Below are positions 1-18,692 of a DNA stretch of 64,000 nt, one piece after another. Source of the stretch: the human T2T-CHM13v2.0 reference genome, Homo sapiens. Position 1 is the stretch's first letter. Each line of letters begins with the position of its first letter. A model generated the notes under the pieces. The model was given only the letters and a program-made list of their open reading frames with translations, was not told the origin of the DNA and did no database searches. The position numbers and the translations under genes are program-made. The stretch lies in assembly GCF_009914755.1 (NCBI RefSeq), contig NC_060943.1. One strand, given 5' to 3'.

Positions 1-559
<559 letters not shown>

Positions 560-1123
560 CTAGAGATAACAATAAACGATTATAGTTTAACTTAGGATGG
601 TAATATATCTCAACTACGACGAAGTCCAGCACATAGTAATCGCTATGTGTTTACTATGATGATTTTTATTATCTTCATCTAACAACAACAACAACAAAAA
701 GGCCAGAGGCATCTGTGCAAAGCTCGATAATGCTAATGGATTATGTTTATTAAGTATTCACTGTGTATTTGGTTTTGCGTTTTATTATACCTACGTTCTT
801 TCATTTGTTATCAAGGTCTCTATGAAGTCAGAGCTATTACTATCAGCATTTTACCCATGAAGAAACCGAGGTTTAGAGAGATTCTTTTCCAGGAACTGGA
901 TAGCCAGCAAGATGTGAAGCAGGGTAATCTGTCTCCTGAGTCTATGCTCTTCAGTGCCACCACTGTTTCCCAAAGTAGGATTTTAGAATTTTAGAGGATG
1001 CACAGAGCTCGCTCATTCATGTTCCATCACATAGTGAGAAAGTTTTGTTTTCTTTTGTTTTGTTTTTCAATCCTGATTGCACCAATGAGAAAGTCTCAGT
1101 TTGGTGCTAATACATCTTTAATT

Positions 1124-1253
1124 AAAAAAAAAAAAAAGTAGAGATGAGGTCTCACTATATTGCCCACTCCAGTCTCGAACTTCTGGCCTCAAGGAGTCCT
1201 GTCTCCCCCTCCCAAAGTACTGGGATTATAGGCATGAGCCAATGCACTTGGCC
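1124..1253 (-). mobile_element. FLAM/AluJ monomer
   Basis: Antisense Alu left-arm sequence (gagatgaggtctcact...cccaaagtactgggattataggcatgagcc) flanked by a ~29-bp direct repeat. Confidence 0.8.
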
Positions 1254-1509
1254 TCAGTTTGATCCTAATATATCTTTAATTCCTCTCTACACTTATCTCC
1301 CACTTTTAACAGAAAAGATCTTGAGTTAGAAGCTCTTAGCAGAGAACTGAGTCTAGAGTGATTTCATTATATGGTTCATAGTATTGATTTTCTATCCATA
1401 CTGGTTTTCTATTCTGTACTATACTGAGATAAAGTTTTTCATTTAGGTCAAAAATAATTTAAATATTAAGTAAATGTTAATATAAGCAGTGCACAGAATT
1501 GGCTCTGTG

Positions 1510-1690
1510 CTGTGCATGGGCTCTGTGATCTGGGCAAGTTCCCTCACCTCTCTGTGCCTCAGTTTCCTCACCTGCCAAATGGAGGCAGTAATGATGCCAT
1601 GTGTGTTGTAAAGTTACTGGGAGGAGTAAATGAACTAAAACGTGTAAAGCATCTACAAGCAGGCCCAGCACACAGGCAGCACCAAGTGAG
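1510..1690 (+). mobile_element. MIR SINE remnant
   Basis: MIR core ctgtgatctgggcaagtt...ctctctgtgcctcagtttcctcacctg. Similar remnants lie at ~810-960 (-), 2150-2360, 2770-2960, 5400-5570, 35440-35650 (-), 58850-59050 and 62050-62240. Confidence 0.7.
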
Positions 1691-2597
1691 GATTTGCTAG
1701 TGGTGTTTTTATCTGAGATGCCACCTCCTCTAAGAAGCCTTCCCTTGATCCTTGCTGACTCGTTGTTATTCCTCATGCCAGGTCCAAAGTGTACTGACAG
1801 GTTTCCCCTTTGACCTTCCTATGACTCCCCTTAGGGCCTAGGCTTTGACCAGCCTTATAGCCCAAGGGACTATATTGTACTCTCAAGATTGGAGGCTGCC
1901 TCCTCAGGGGCCACCCTAGCCAGGCTCATCACACAGCTGGCTCAGTGCTCTCCCTTGGCAACAACCTTAGGATAAAAGACATTTCCAGAGAAGTTGTCAC
2001 ACAGCATGCATGGTTTGAGTGCTTCACAAGAAATAATATCACAATTCCCTCTGAGTTGGTAAGGAAATGAAAAATGAATGAATGAATGAATGATCCTTCA
2101 CAAAACCTTCACAATGTCCCAGTTGGGTGAACAGAATAGGAATTATCTCCAGACCTCCTGGGTTCAATTTTAGTTTCACCACTCACTAGCTGTGCCCTAG
2201 GGCAAGTTATTTAATCTCTGTGTGTGCCTCCGTCTTTCTCTTGTAAAACAGAGATAATAACAGGATCTACCCTAGAGAGTTATTTTAAGGATGAGATGGA
2301 TTAATACATGTAAAATGCCTAGAACTGTGCCTGGCACACAGTATGTAAATATCTGCAATAATAATAACTTTCTATTTTCTAGATGAAGAAACTAAGACTC
2401 AGAGAAGACAAATGACATGCCCAAAGACACATTGATAAGAACGCATCTGGTAGTGGTGTTCGAGTCCAGCGTTGCAGCAGAGAGATGGGTAACTGTATGG
2501 CCGAACAGCTGTCCTCTCGTGGAAGAAGGAGGCCAATGTCCAGGAGTGGCAGGCATACTGGAACTTGGACTTCTGTAGGCCAACCTGGGTTCCACTT

Positions 2598-2712
2598 GGT
2601 AGATGGGGGTCTTGCTGTGTTGCCCAGGCTGGTCTCAAACTCCTGGCCTGAAGCAGTCCTCCTCCCTTAGCCTCCAGAGTAGCTGGGACTACAGGTACAC
2701 ACCACTGCAACC
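2598..2712 (-). mobile_element. Alu monomer fragment (FLAM/AluJ)
   Basis: gttgcccaggctggtctcaaactcctggcc...gtagctgggactacagg. Confidence 0.75.
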
Positions 2713-3269
2713 CCTCAGTGGTTGTTATTTAACTGAAGGGGGTTTTAGCTTTCATGTATCAGCTCACTCTGGAGCCAGACAGCCTGGCCTTCATGGCAGC
2801 TCTGCCCCTTACTACCTGTGTGACATCGGGCAACGTTACTGAGTGTCAGATTTCTTATTTGTAAAACAGGGATAAAAATGACATTGCTGTGCAAATTAAA
2901 AGAAAGAATCCATGTGAGATATTTAGCACACTGGCATACAATGAGAGCTTAATAAACATTGTTAGTTTTGTAAACTGAGGGAAAAAAATAGCCACAGGCC
3001 TGGGAACATAAATGCTTGGTAAGCTTCTCAGTTCCCTGGAAGTCTGACACGCAATGTGTATGTATGAACAAGGCAGGAGGAAGCATGACACCAAGCCTTC
3101 CTTTTAACAAACACTGTTTAAATCAGAGGTCGGAAGTCATGGACTGGAGATTCATTCTCTCCCCACTCATTTCTGCCCAGAGACACCTGGTGATCTGGCA
3201 TACACAGTGCTATGAACCTCAGAATTATTTGCTAGCATTTACAAATTGTGAGTACTCCCACATACAAAC

Positions 3270-4022
3270 TGTGGTAGATGGAATAATGCCTCCCCACAAA
3301 AATGTCCACAGCCTAATCCCTGGAACCTGGGAATATGTTACTTTACACAGCAAAGGAATGTTGCAGCTGTGATTGGAGATTGAGATAGGGAGAGTGTATT
3401 AGTCTGTTGTCATGCGGCTATGAAGAAATACCTGAGACTGGGTAATTTACAAAGAAAAGAGGTTTAATTCACTTACAGCTCAGCACGGCTGGTTGGGGGG
3501 GCGCCCTCAGGAAATTTACAATCATGGTAGGAGGCACCTCTTCACAGGGTGGCAGGAGAGAAAATAAGAGCAGAGCGAAGGGGGAACCCCTTATAAAACT
3601 GTCAGATCTCATGAGAACTCACTGTCATGAGAACAGCATGGGGGAAACCGCCCCCATGATCCATCACCTCCACCTGGTCCCCCCCTTGTTACAATTCAAG
3701 GGGATTGTAACAATTCAAGGTGAGATCTGGGTGGGGACACAGAGCCAAACCATATCAGAGAGTCTTCCTGCAGTGTCCGGGTGGGTGCGGCATGTTCATA
3801 GGGTCTTAGAAGAGGGAAGCAAGAGGTGAGAGGACAGAAATGCCACATTGCTGGCTTTGAGGGTGGGGCCAGAGGAGGGACCTGCAGGCAGAGATAGAGC
3901 TGGAAATGGAAAGGAAACCTTCTCCCTTAGAGTCTCCAGAAGAAGTGCAGCCCTACAGACCTGTGTTAGGCTTCAGACCTCCAGAATTGTAAAATAATAA
4001 AATTGCATTATTTTAAGCCACT
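3270..4022 (+). mobile_element. MLT1-type (MLT1D-like) MaLR solo LTR interrupted by a THE1 LTR
   Basis: MLT1 start tgtggtag...cctaatccctggaacctgggaatatgttac; the 3' part (agagtctccagaa...ttttaagccact) resumes after 3762. Confidence 0.7.
3395..3757 (-). mobile_element. THE1 (MaLR) solo LTR
   Basis: tgtattagtc...gagactgggtaattt...gggtggggacacagagccaaaccatatca with TG...CA ends and a perfect 5-bp TSD gagag (3390..3394 / 3758..3762). Confidence 0.9.
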
Positions 4023-4218
4023 CGAGGCCCATGTCCTCAACAAAGAGAAAGACGGTGGGGTGCTGTCAGCCAGGGTAGGTACCTGCTTGGTGGTCTGGGT
4101 CCTTTCCCACTGTGTCCATTCAGTTACATTACCTGCCCATCTGCTGAGGCCTCGAGTTTGGGACCTCAGGTTTATATAATTCCTTGCACAAGCATGATCG
4201 ATTGATTCCGGAGAGTAG

Positions 4219-4615
<397 letters not shown>

Positions 4616-7201
4616 TGATGTGTTCATCTGGGCAATGTGTGTTGAGGGGGCATAGGGAGGGGAGCTCTAAGGCAAATGTGCTGGGATTCTGCATTCGTCA
4701 TCCTCAAAACAAAATTGGTCCCTAGGTAGTTCTGCCTGTGATCCTGCATAATGTGCAAAGCCAGTAAGATGCCTTTGCCTCATCCCCAGGGAACATGCCT
4801 CCCAGCCACTTTCATCTCACCTAGTGCCTACACAGAAAGGCAACCGCCTCCCTGCTGAAGGGACCCCACGCCTGTCTCCTGTTTCCACACAATTACCCCG
4901 GGAAATGCCTGGCTTCCCATTTCCAGCTGCAGCCATCTTGACAGTTTCAGCCTCTCCCCACAGCCCACGTCCCTCACTTGAGCAGCGAGATGTGAAGACA
5001 GACAGCCGCTTGAGAACTGCACAGACTGTCCTTAATCTAAGCCATTTAAAAGGCATTTGTGTTCCATAAAACCCGTTTCTGTAATTCTGTGCCCCTACTT
5101 CTTTGAAAGATGATAACCCTAGGGAGGAGAAGAAATTAGCCAGGGAGGAGAAGTTCAGATGTGCTAATATTTTAATCGCTCATTCTTTCATCACATTAGT
5201 CACATTCATTAAATATGATTAATTTCAGGCTTTGTTGAAAACCCTATCAGTTTCCCTATCAGCCACACATCCATCTCTTGCCAAGCAGGCTGGTGCAGTA
5301 GCACCAAAAGTCCCCCAGTGTTTTTTACACCTGGATTGTATTATGTGCCCCCTGAAAATGTGTGGAATTAATTGAGCTCATTTGTTTCAAATACTTTGCA
5401 AGAGCCTGGGCTCTTGAGTCAGGCGGCCTAAGTGTGATCCTAAGTCCTCCCATTGCTGGAGTCACCTGGGCAAGTGACTGACGCCCTCTGAGCCCTGGTG
5501 TCCTCGTCTGAGGATGGAGATAAGAATACCTAACTCGAAAGTTGGTTGTGAAGATGAAAGAAGGCTTTCAAATTGCTAAGTTAGTTGGTTATGATTGTAA
5601 TTAAGGGCCCTTGGAGATGGATCATTCATCCATTCATTCATCCATTCAGAAGATTTGTGTACAGTGACTACTGTATGCAACCCTGTGTGTCCACTGCTGA
5701 TGAGAGAGACAGCAGCAAACACAGCAGTCAAATGCGTGTGGCCCCCAGGACCTTATATTTTAGTGGTGGAAGCTAGACAACCACCAAACATGTAATATAC
5801 CAGATGGTGGTACGTTCTATGGAGGAAAGAAAGGACGAGGGGCAGGGAGTCCTGGGCTGGTGGGACAGGGTGCTATGGCTCAGAGGGAACTCAGAGATCA
5901 CCTAATTCAGGCCCTGACCTGGAGGGCTCATGCTTTGCACACTGTGCTAAGAATTTGGACTTTCTTTCTCCAAGAATAAGGACAATGAGAGCCAGCAAGC
6001 AGGGAAGTGGAGCAAGGATGGTGCCGTCCGGCTGCTCAGCTGCTGGCTGGAACTCCCGGAGGACTCTGTGAGGATGCAGGTAGAAGGTGTGTAAGCATGT
6101 GACTGCATGGAAGCCCTCGGCATGTGATCCACTCCGTGTTCCAAATTGCCATCCTTTCTGCGTGCTGTTAGGGACTTCCCCCAGCTCTCCCTGCAGAGTG
6201 AGGAGTACTCTGAGACAGACGGGTCTAGGATGAACTGTGTTGATGGAGAAATGAACATTTTTTGGAGGGAAGGAAGATTTCGGGGTGTGGGGCATAAGTT
6301 GAAGGAGTATGGCTCTGAAAGTCCTTGGGCAGTTTGTAGAGGACAGAGAAGGTGGTAATGTCAGTTTCTGCCCCTCTCCCACCTCCACCTCTGGCCTTCT
6401 CAGTGGTCCTATGGCTCCCTACCTTCAGTCATCTTGTTCTCAAGCCTGAAGTGCTGGATCCACTCAGCTGCAACCCAGCTCAACACCTCTGTGGAAGCTT
6501 TGCCCATCAATCAGGAGAAGCTGAGATCCAGAGACTGATGCCCACGTTCTGTCTTTGCAGAGGGAAGCCCACCAGAGCCCTCTTCTCTCTGGGGAGGAGC
6601 TGGCTCCCTGAATCTCCAAGACAAACCCAGACAGCCCTGGGGACCTTGAATGTGAGCAAGGGGAGCAGAAAGGAGGCTCCAGCCCACCCAGGGCCCCTGC
6701 AGGGTCTGCACACACAATTACAGGTCCTCATTTCCCTCTCCTAATGATGCCCCAAAACATTAAGGGAAGTTAAATCAAACCACCAGGTGTCCAGCATGAA
6801 CAGCTGAAATAATAAATTCACGAGGTAAGTAAGACATTTTATTTGTACTATTTCAAAATTGGTAGATGCAGGAAAGCAAATTGTGATGTGCTTGGGATTT
6901 AATTTGTATTTCAAGGTACTAATGAAGGTAGCACCCATTTTCCCAAAGGCCTTTTCATCCCTGAATCTTGAGAGCACTTTTCTAAGCATATTGGGAATAA
7001 ATTAAGTTGCAAAACCTCCATGAAAAAGATTACGGTTAAAACATAATTTTGAGGAACCACTTGAGTTTATCCATTTACCTGCTTTTAAGTACACACACCT
7101 ATTTTTTTTGCAATTATTTTTCACAAAAGAAGGAACTTTGTGTGACGTATACAAGCAGGTAATGGCAAACCTCCAGCATCTTTAAAATAAAACTCAAATT
7201 G

Positions 7202-7505
<304 letters not shown>

Positions 7506-8109
7506 AAAACTCAGGCTGAACTAAACCAGCCTTCTGAGTCAATGTGCAGATATTCCATAATGAAGTATGCTGATTAATAAATTATTTGATTACCAGGTAA
7601 GTATACCTGCAATCAATATAACTGCCGAAAAGCTCTGAATTAGAAATGGTGCAATAAAATTTAACTGAAAGGTATTAGGAATTGGTAGTTTTAATTACAG
7701 GGAATGATTAATTGATCATTTAGACAGTATTGATCTACAACTTATTTAATTCTTTGCAATTTAATTTGTCAGATTTGAATCCAAATAACTGATGATTTGT
7801 TCCATGAATGCCAGAGCTGGAAGGGATGGGGTTGGCAGAAGAGACAAGACTGGACCATGGACCTGGTGGTTCTGTGCAGAGGCCAAAGCTACTCTCCTTC
7901 CCACCTGGCCCTGTGCTGGGCCTAACCTGGAGCCCCCTCTATCCTCTGCCTCATTCTTCTCCGGGTCAAGGTCCAGCATGAACTCCATGTCCTCCAGGAA
8001 GCCCTGGTGGACTTGGGCAGACCTGGGGACACGTCCAGCCTCCTGGCAAGATGGGGGTAACAGGAGTGTGTATAAAGGGGAAGGCAAGAATGTGCCCTTG
8101 GTGGAGCAG

Positions 8110-8625
8110 TGAAAAGAAGCCCTCATGTGACAAGTGTTTTGCTCCTAACCCACCTCCTCTGGTGACATCTTCTGGGTTAACTGCTCTTGCTGATCTCTGC
8201 ACATAAACCAAGCTAACTGTGAGAGGCCTTTCATTTCTAGTTTAAAGCAAGGAGACCACAGTTCCTTCTGAACACTCACCCCCAAGGAGATAAGGAGGGC
8301 GTCCCATGAGCAACACTGTGTGTTAAAGATGTACACGAGCACTGGGACCTGACCAAGGACAAACACGTCTCCAGCCCCCTCAGACCCTTGCTGCTGCTCA
8401 GATGTCCGCTGTCATCGGTCACATCCTAACCTCAACCCCCTCTCTCCTCCCACATAAAAGGAGGCTGAAATTCATAGTAACTTCAGATGGTTCTTTAGGA
8501 CACTGGCCCACCACCTTCTCGGTTGCTGGCTCTCCAAAACAAAGCCCCCTCCCTTGACCCAATTCCTTGTTTCTTGACGTACTGGCTGTTGTGCAGTGCA
8601 TGGTACCGGCTTGAACTCGGTTATG
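8110..8625 (+). mobile_element. ERV1 (MER4-group, LTR8/MER41-like) solo LTR
   Basis: 3' end ...caccttctcggttgctggctctcc...actggctgttgtgcagtg...cttgaactcggtta resembles MER4-group U5, with a TATA-like cataaaag near 8453. The 5' boundary is approximate. Confidence 0.55.
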
Positions 8626-10167
8626 TTGGCATGGCCTCTGGCGGTGCTCAGTTTGTGTGGATGAGTATTTTACAGCTACTGTCCTATTTCCAGTCCCCTT
8701 CCTCTGGACGGCTATGGGATGTGCTGTGGATGCCCTCTCTTAGGCTGGAATAAACCACCCTACCTTCTCCTCTGCCTTGTCTCCACCAAATAAACTCCTT
8801 AAGGCAGGGATAGAGTCTTGCACTCCACGAAGAAGTATTGCTGCATCCTCAGCTGTGTAAGAGTGACCGGGCTTCTTCTATTCCACCTGTAATGGAACTT
8901 TAGGCACGCAGAGAGAGATGGCAAATTTGTGCTGGCTGAAGGGGTCAGCAAATGCATATAAGGCTTCTTGTGCTCCAGAGAGAGAATGGAGTGCAGTCAG
9001 TGAGACCCTGAGGGGAGAAGGAACCAAAAGCCTGGGCAGAAGGGATCGTGGAGGTGCCCAGGGTCAGGAGGGATGGGAAGGGTGAGGAACACAAGAGATC
9101 ACCTGGAGGCATTAGAGGAGAAGGCAGGCACTGGGGACGGTGCCGCTGATCCAGGTGGAGCAACATCCTAGGACCCGAGTGCTGGGCAGGTGCATCCGTG
9201 GAGGGAAGCTTCTCTCCTCTCTCGGCTCCTGCTGAGAGAGGCAATCATTCCCCTGGCTTGCCCTGCAAGAGACAGGAGCTCTAGGTAGATCTCTGCTATC
9301 TAGGGAATAGAATGTGAATATTTGAAAGTTCTAGAGGTCAAGTCTTAGGTTCCCTCTCAGCTCAGATCCCAAATGGTACACTCTACCCTAACCCCCTTTT
9401 CTTGTAGCTTTGCTACATGGAGAGGAAAATACCTTGCCAGACACCAACAGTCCCTTCTCAGCACTTTTGTGTGAAGACAACTCAGACCCTAAGAGAATGG
9501 GGTCTAATTTGCAGGTGCCACTGGAAGGCAGAGGTCACGGGAGCCCTGGACTTCAGACAAGGTAGAGGGATCCTGGAGACAGCACATCTGGCCCTGGAGC
9601 CCTGCCCACCCGGGGAGTGAGGGCAGCTCTCCTGCTCTCCTAGGAGGCCTGCCCGAGGACCCCCATGTCCTCTATGTGTGGGATTCTGCAGTTTGCACTC
9701 ACAACCCAGAGCCTTTTACCCAACTACCCTGTTTGTAGGAATGTGTCCAAAATAAGCATCAGACAAGTACATGAAGATGAATGTGCAAAGACGTTCATAA
9801 CAGGATTGTTTATAATCATGAAAAATGATCTGCAGATTTCCTGTCTGCTGTGCAGGATGAGTTAGACGGGGATGCATCCATAAAATCACTTTGCCCTCAT
9901 TTAAAATTATATCATAGATCTATGTTTAATGACATAGTAAACGGTACTCAATGCATTAAGTGAAAAAAGCATATACATATCAGGATGTATATGATCAAGT
10001 TTTTGTTAAATGGATGCATGTATGCATGTCAGTAACTGTCTGTGTTTGCAAACAAAACGTCTAGCAAGACGTGCATCAAATATTAACAATCATTATCTTT
10101 GGATTCTGGATTTATTGACTTCTATTTTTGACTTTGCCCTTTGTTTTTCTATGTTATCTGACACTTT

Positions 10168-10310
10168 TACACTGAGTTTATATTATTTTTACAATTAAAA
10201 TATCAATCCATCAATCTACCTCCATTTGGGAAGTAGTAAAAAGTACACTGAGTTTATATTATTATTTTTACAATTAAAATATCAATCCATCAATCTACCT
10301 CCATTTGGGA
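10168..10310. repeat. Local 64/67-bp tandem duplication with a 12-nt spacer
   Basis: tacactgagtttatatt...ccatttggga at 10168..10231 and 10244..10310; identical except for one extra ATT. Confidence 0.95.
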
Positions 10311-10727
10311 GGTCCATTTCAACTACACAAGGAAGACAGGATAGGGAGGAATAGCACTAAGTATGAGTGCCTGTGATTCAGAGAGGGAAGCGACTTGGAA
10401 TTCTAGCCCAGCTCCTCCACCTGCCCCCTCTCTAACTCTTCCACTCTCCCATACTTGCTCCCGGTGCCCCAGCACTCCTGGGTGCCTCCTGTCTTCCCAG
10501 CACGCACAACCCAGCTGAGCTTTCTATTAGTACCCACTTTACCCCTGATCTTCCCGCCCTCCACACCTCTTGTCACTCCCAGTCACTCCACTGATTTTTA
10601 TTTTTTTATTTATTGATGTCATCACCATCTGAATCAACGATGTCTGTTTCTTTGCCTGCTCACTTACAGTTGGCCTTGTTTACTACTGTGGGAAGCTAAT
10701 GGTGTCTACTGTAGCCAAATCAGCACA

Positions 10728-11223
<496 letters not shown>

Positions 11224-11344
11224 TAATCAGCACCTTTAAAGAACCTAAAGATGGACTCCTGCCCATCCCACCCCATGAAATCTACATCTGAATATTAGAG
11301 AAACTCCAAGGGAGTTCTCAGTTTTCCCATATCTTCTCTGCTCA

Positions 11345-11845
<501 letters not shown>

Positions 11846-12990
11846 TCAATGAGAAGAAACCCCTATCCCCAGCAGTTGGTGAGTTGAGAATCATGCCAAG
11901 GAGGACACTCGGAACAGCCAGGTCAGAAAGCAGCAGCCCCTGGTGATGGCCTGGCCCGCCCAGACAGTGAATGCCGTTTTCTAAACCTGGTGAGATGATA
12001 AAATTTTAACCTGCTATGTAAAGCTATTTTTAAACATGGAGGGGAAAAAAATAACCTTTCCCTGGGTAAAACCGTAACAGTCACTTAGAGCACAATGGAT
12101 CTTTATTTTTTATGACCAAGTTATAAATTGTTGAAAATAAGAGTTTCAAATGGAAATGTTGACATAATAATCTTATCTATAGCAGCATGAATAACCAACT
12201 ATAACCGTTATTATTCTGTGTTCTATGAACGTTGGCTTTTTTGAAAGTTCAACTTGCTCAATATGTTTGCCTTTTAACATGAGTTAAGAGGTAATTTGCA
12301 TGAACACAAATAAAGAAGTATCAATTCAGTGGCATTATGAATTAATTAGCTGCAGCCCACCATCATGAATTGGGAAATGCAACCGCACTTTCCATCTCTT
12401 TTATTTATAGCCCACTCTTGCTACGTTACACCTTTTCAGATATTAAGTACTGAACATGGTTGCTTCTTAAAAAGGTTAATTATCCAAGACAGGTTTATGG
12501 TACCTTATCTAAAGGCCAATATTCTACTTCTTTGGGATCTTGGATTTACATAATTACAATCAGTGGAAAGTTTATCAGTCAGATTTCCTTTCCCACCACT
12601 CCTCAGCAGGCACCTTTGTCCTCTTGAGATCTACCAGTACTGGGGGTCTCCACCAGCTGGTCTTTGTTTCTTACTCCGGCAAAGCAACATTGACAGCTTG
12701 CAACAGCCAACTTTCCTTGCCTTAAATGTGAGGCACATGGAATGACCACATGAGCAAGGCAGGCTGAATCCAGCCCAAAGCCTGCAGCACCTGGAGCAGA
12801 GCTCACCAGTGGAGGCTGTGCGCAAAATCAGGCCCAGAGCCATGGTTTCTTTGGCCTGTAAAGTGTTAAAAAATGAGATTGGTGGGGGAGGAGCCAAGAT
12901 GGACGAATAGGAACAGCTCCGGTCTACAGCTCCCAGCGTGAGCGACGCAGAAGACGGGTGATTTCTGCATTTCCATCTGAGGTACCAGGT

Positions 12991-13335
12991 TCATCTCACT
13001 AGGGAGTGCCAGACAGTGGGTGCAGGTTGGTGGGTGCACGCACCGTGCGCGAGCCGAAGCAGGGCAAGGCATTGCCTCACTCGGGAAGCGCAGGGGGTCA
13101 GGGAGTTCCCTTTCCTAGTCAAAGAAAGGAGTGACAGACGGCACCTGGAAGATCGGGTCACTCCCACCCGAATACTGCACTTTTCCAACGGGCTTAAAAA
13201 ACGGCGCATCAGGAGATTATATCCCGCACCTGGCTCAGAGGGTTCTACACCCACGGAGTCTCGCTGATTGCTAGCACAGCAGTCTGAGATCAAACTGCAA
13301 GGTGGCAGCGAGGCTGGGGGAGGGGTGCCCACCAT
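12991..13335 (-). CDS. L1 antisense ORF0 (114-codon open frame)
   Basis: ATG at 13335 in strong Kozak context (gcaATGG). Translation MVGTPPPASLPPCSLISDCCASNQRDSVGVEPSEPG... is recognisably primate L1 ORF0. Splice donors CAG|GTGCGG (after 13230) and CAG|GTGCCG (after 13145). Expression is unproven. Confidence 0.6.
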   Translation of the reverse strand: MVGTPPPASLPPCSLISDCCASNQRDSVGVEPSEPGAGYNLLMRRFLSPLEKCSIRVGVTRSSRCRLSLLSLTRKGNSLTPCASRVRQCLALLRLAHGACTHQPAPTVWHSLVR

Positions 13336-13785
13336 TGCCCAGGCTTGCTTAGGTAAACAAAGCAGCCAGGAAGCTCCAACTGGGTGGAGCCCACCACAGC
13401 TCAAGGAGGCCTGCCTGCCTCTGTAGGCTCCACCTCTGGGGGCAGGGCACAGACAAAAAGACAGCAGTAACTTCTGCAGATTTAACTGTCCCTGTATGAC
13501 AGCTTTGAAGAGAGCAGTGGTTCTCCCAGCATGCAGCTGGAGATCTGAGAACGGGCAGACTGCCTCCTCAAGTGGGTCCCTGACCCCTGACCCCCGAGCA
13601 GCCTAACTGGGAGGCACCCCCTAGCAGGGGCAGACTGACACCTCACACGGCCAGGTACCCCAACAGACCTGCAGCTGAGGGTCCTGTCTGTTAGAAGGAA
13701 AACTAACAAACAGAAAGGACATCCACACCAAATACCCATCTGTACATCACCATGATCAAAGACCAAAAGTAGATAAAACCACAAA

Positions 13786-14801
13786 ATGGGGAAAAAACAG
13801 AGCAGAAAAACTGGAAACTCTAAAAAGCAGAGCACCTCTCCTCCTCCAAAGGAACACAGTTCCTCACCAGAAACGGAACAAAGCTGAACAGAGAATGACT
13901 TTGACGAGCTGAGAGAAGAAGGCTTCAGACGATCAAATTACTCCGAGCTACAGGAGGACATTCAAACCAAAGGCAAAGAAGTTGAAAACTTTGAAAAAAA
14001 TTTAGAAGAATGTACAACTAGAATAACCAATACAGAGAAGTGCTTAAAGGAGCTGATGGAGCTGAAAACCAAGGCTCGAGAACTATGTGAAGAATGAAGA
14101 AGCCTCAGGAGCCGATGCGATCAACTGGAAGAAAGGGTATCAGCGATGGAAGATGAAATGAATGAAATGAAGTGAGAAGGGAAGTTCAGAGAAAAAAGAA
14201 TAAAAAGAAACGAGCAAAGCCTCCAAGAAATATGGGACTATGTGTAAAGACCAAATCTACGTCTGATTGGTGTACCTGAAAGTGATGGGGAGAATGGAAC
14301 CAAGTTGGAAAACACTCTGCAGGATATTATCCAGGAGAACTTCCCCAATCTAGCAAGGCAGGCCAACATTCAGATTCAGGAAATACAGAGAACGCCACAA
14401 AGATACTCCTAGAGAAGAGCAACTCCAAGACACATAATTGTCAGATTCACCAAGTTGAAATGAAGGAAAAAATGTTAAGGGCAGCCAGAGAGAAAGGTCG
14501 GGTTACCCTCAAAGGGAAGCCCATCAGACTAACAGCAGCTCTCTCGGCAGAAACTCTACAAGCCAGAAGAGAGTGGGGGCCAATATTCAACATTCTTGAA
14601 GAAAAGAATTTTCAACCCAGAATTTCATATCCAGCCAAACTAAGCTTCATAAGTGAAGGAGAAATAAAATACTTTACAGACAAGCAAATGCGGAGAGATT
14701 TTGTCACCACCAGGCCTGCCCTAAAAGAGCTCCTGAAGGAAGCGCTAAACATGGAAAGGAACAACCGGTACCAGCCACTGCAAAATCATGCCAAAATGTA
14801 A
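13786..14801 (+). pseudogene. L1 ORF1 (disrupted)
   Basis: In-frame stops at 13885, 14095, 14173, 14245 and 14410, plus a 1-nt deletion near 14452 (1016 nt versus 1017 nt intact). Confidence 0.95.
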
Positions 14802-14849
14802 AGACCATCGAGACTAGGAAGAAACTGTATCAACTAACGAGCAAAATAA

Positions 14850-18692
<3,843 letters not shown>

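Noticed and set aside
14460-14801. 113-aa ORF1 C-terminal ORF
   Set aside because: Residue of ORF1 downstream of the frameshift; lacks the coiled-coil and most of the RRM.
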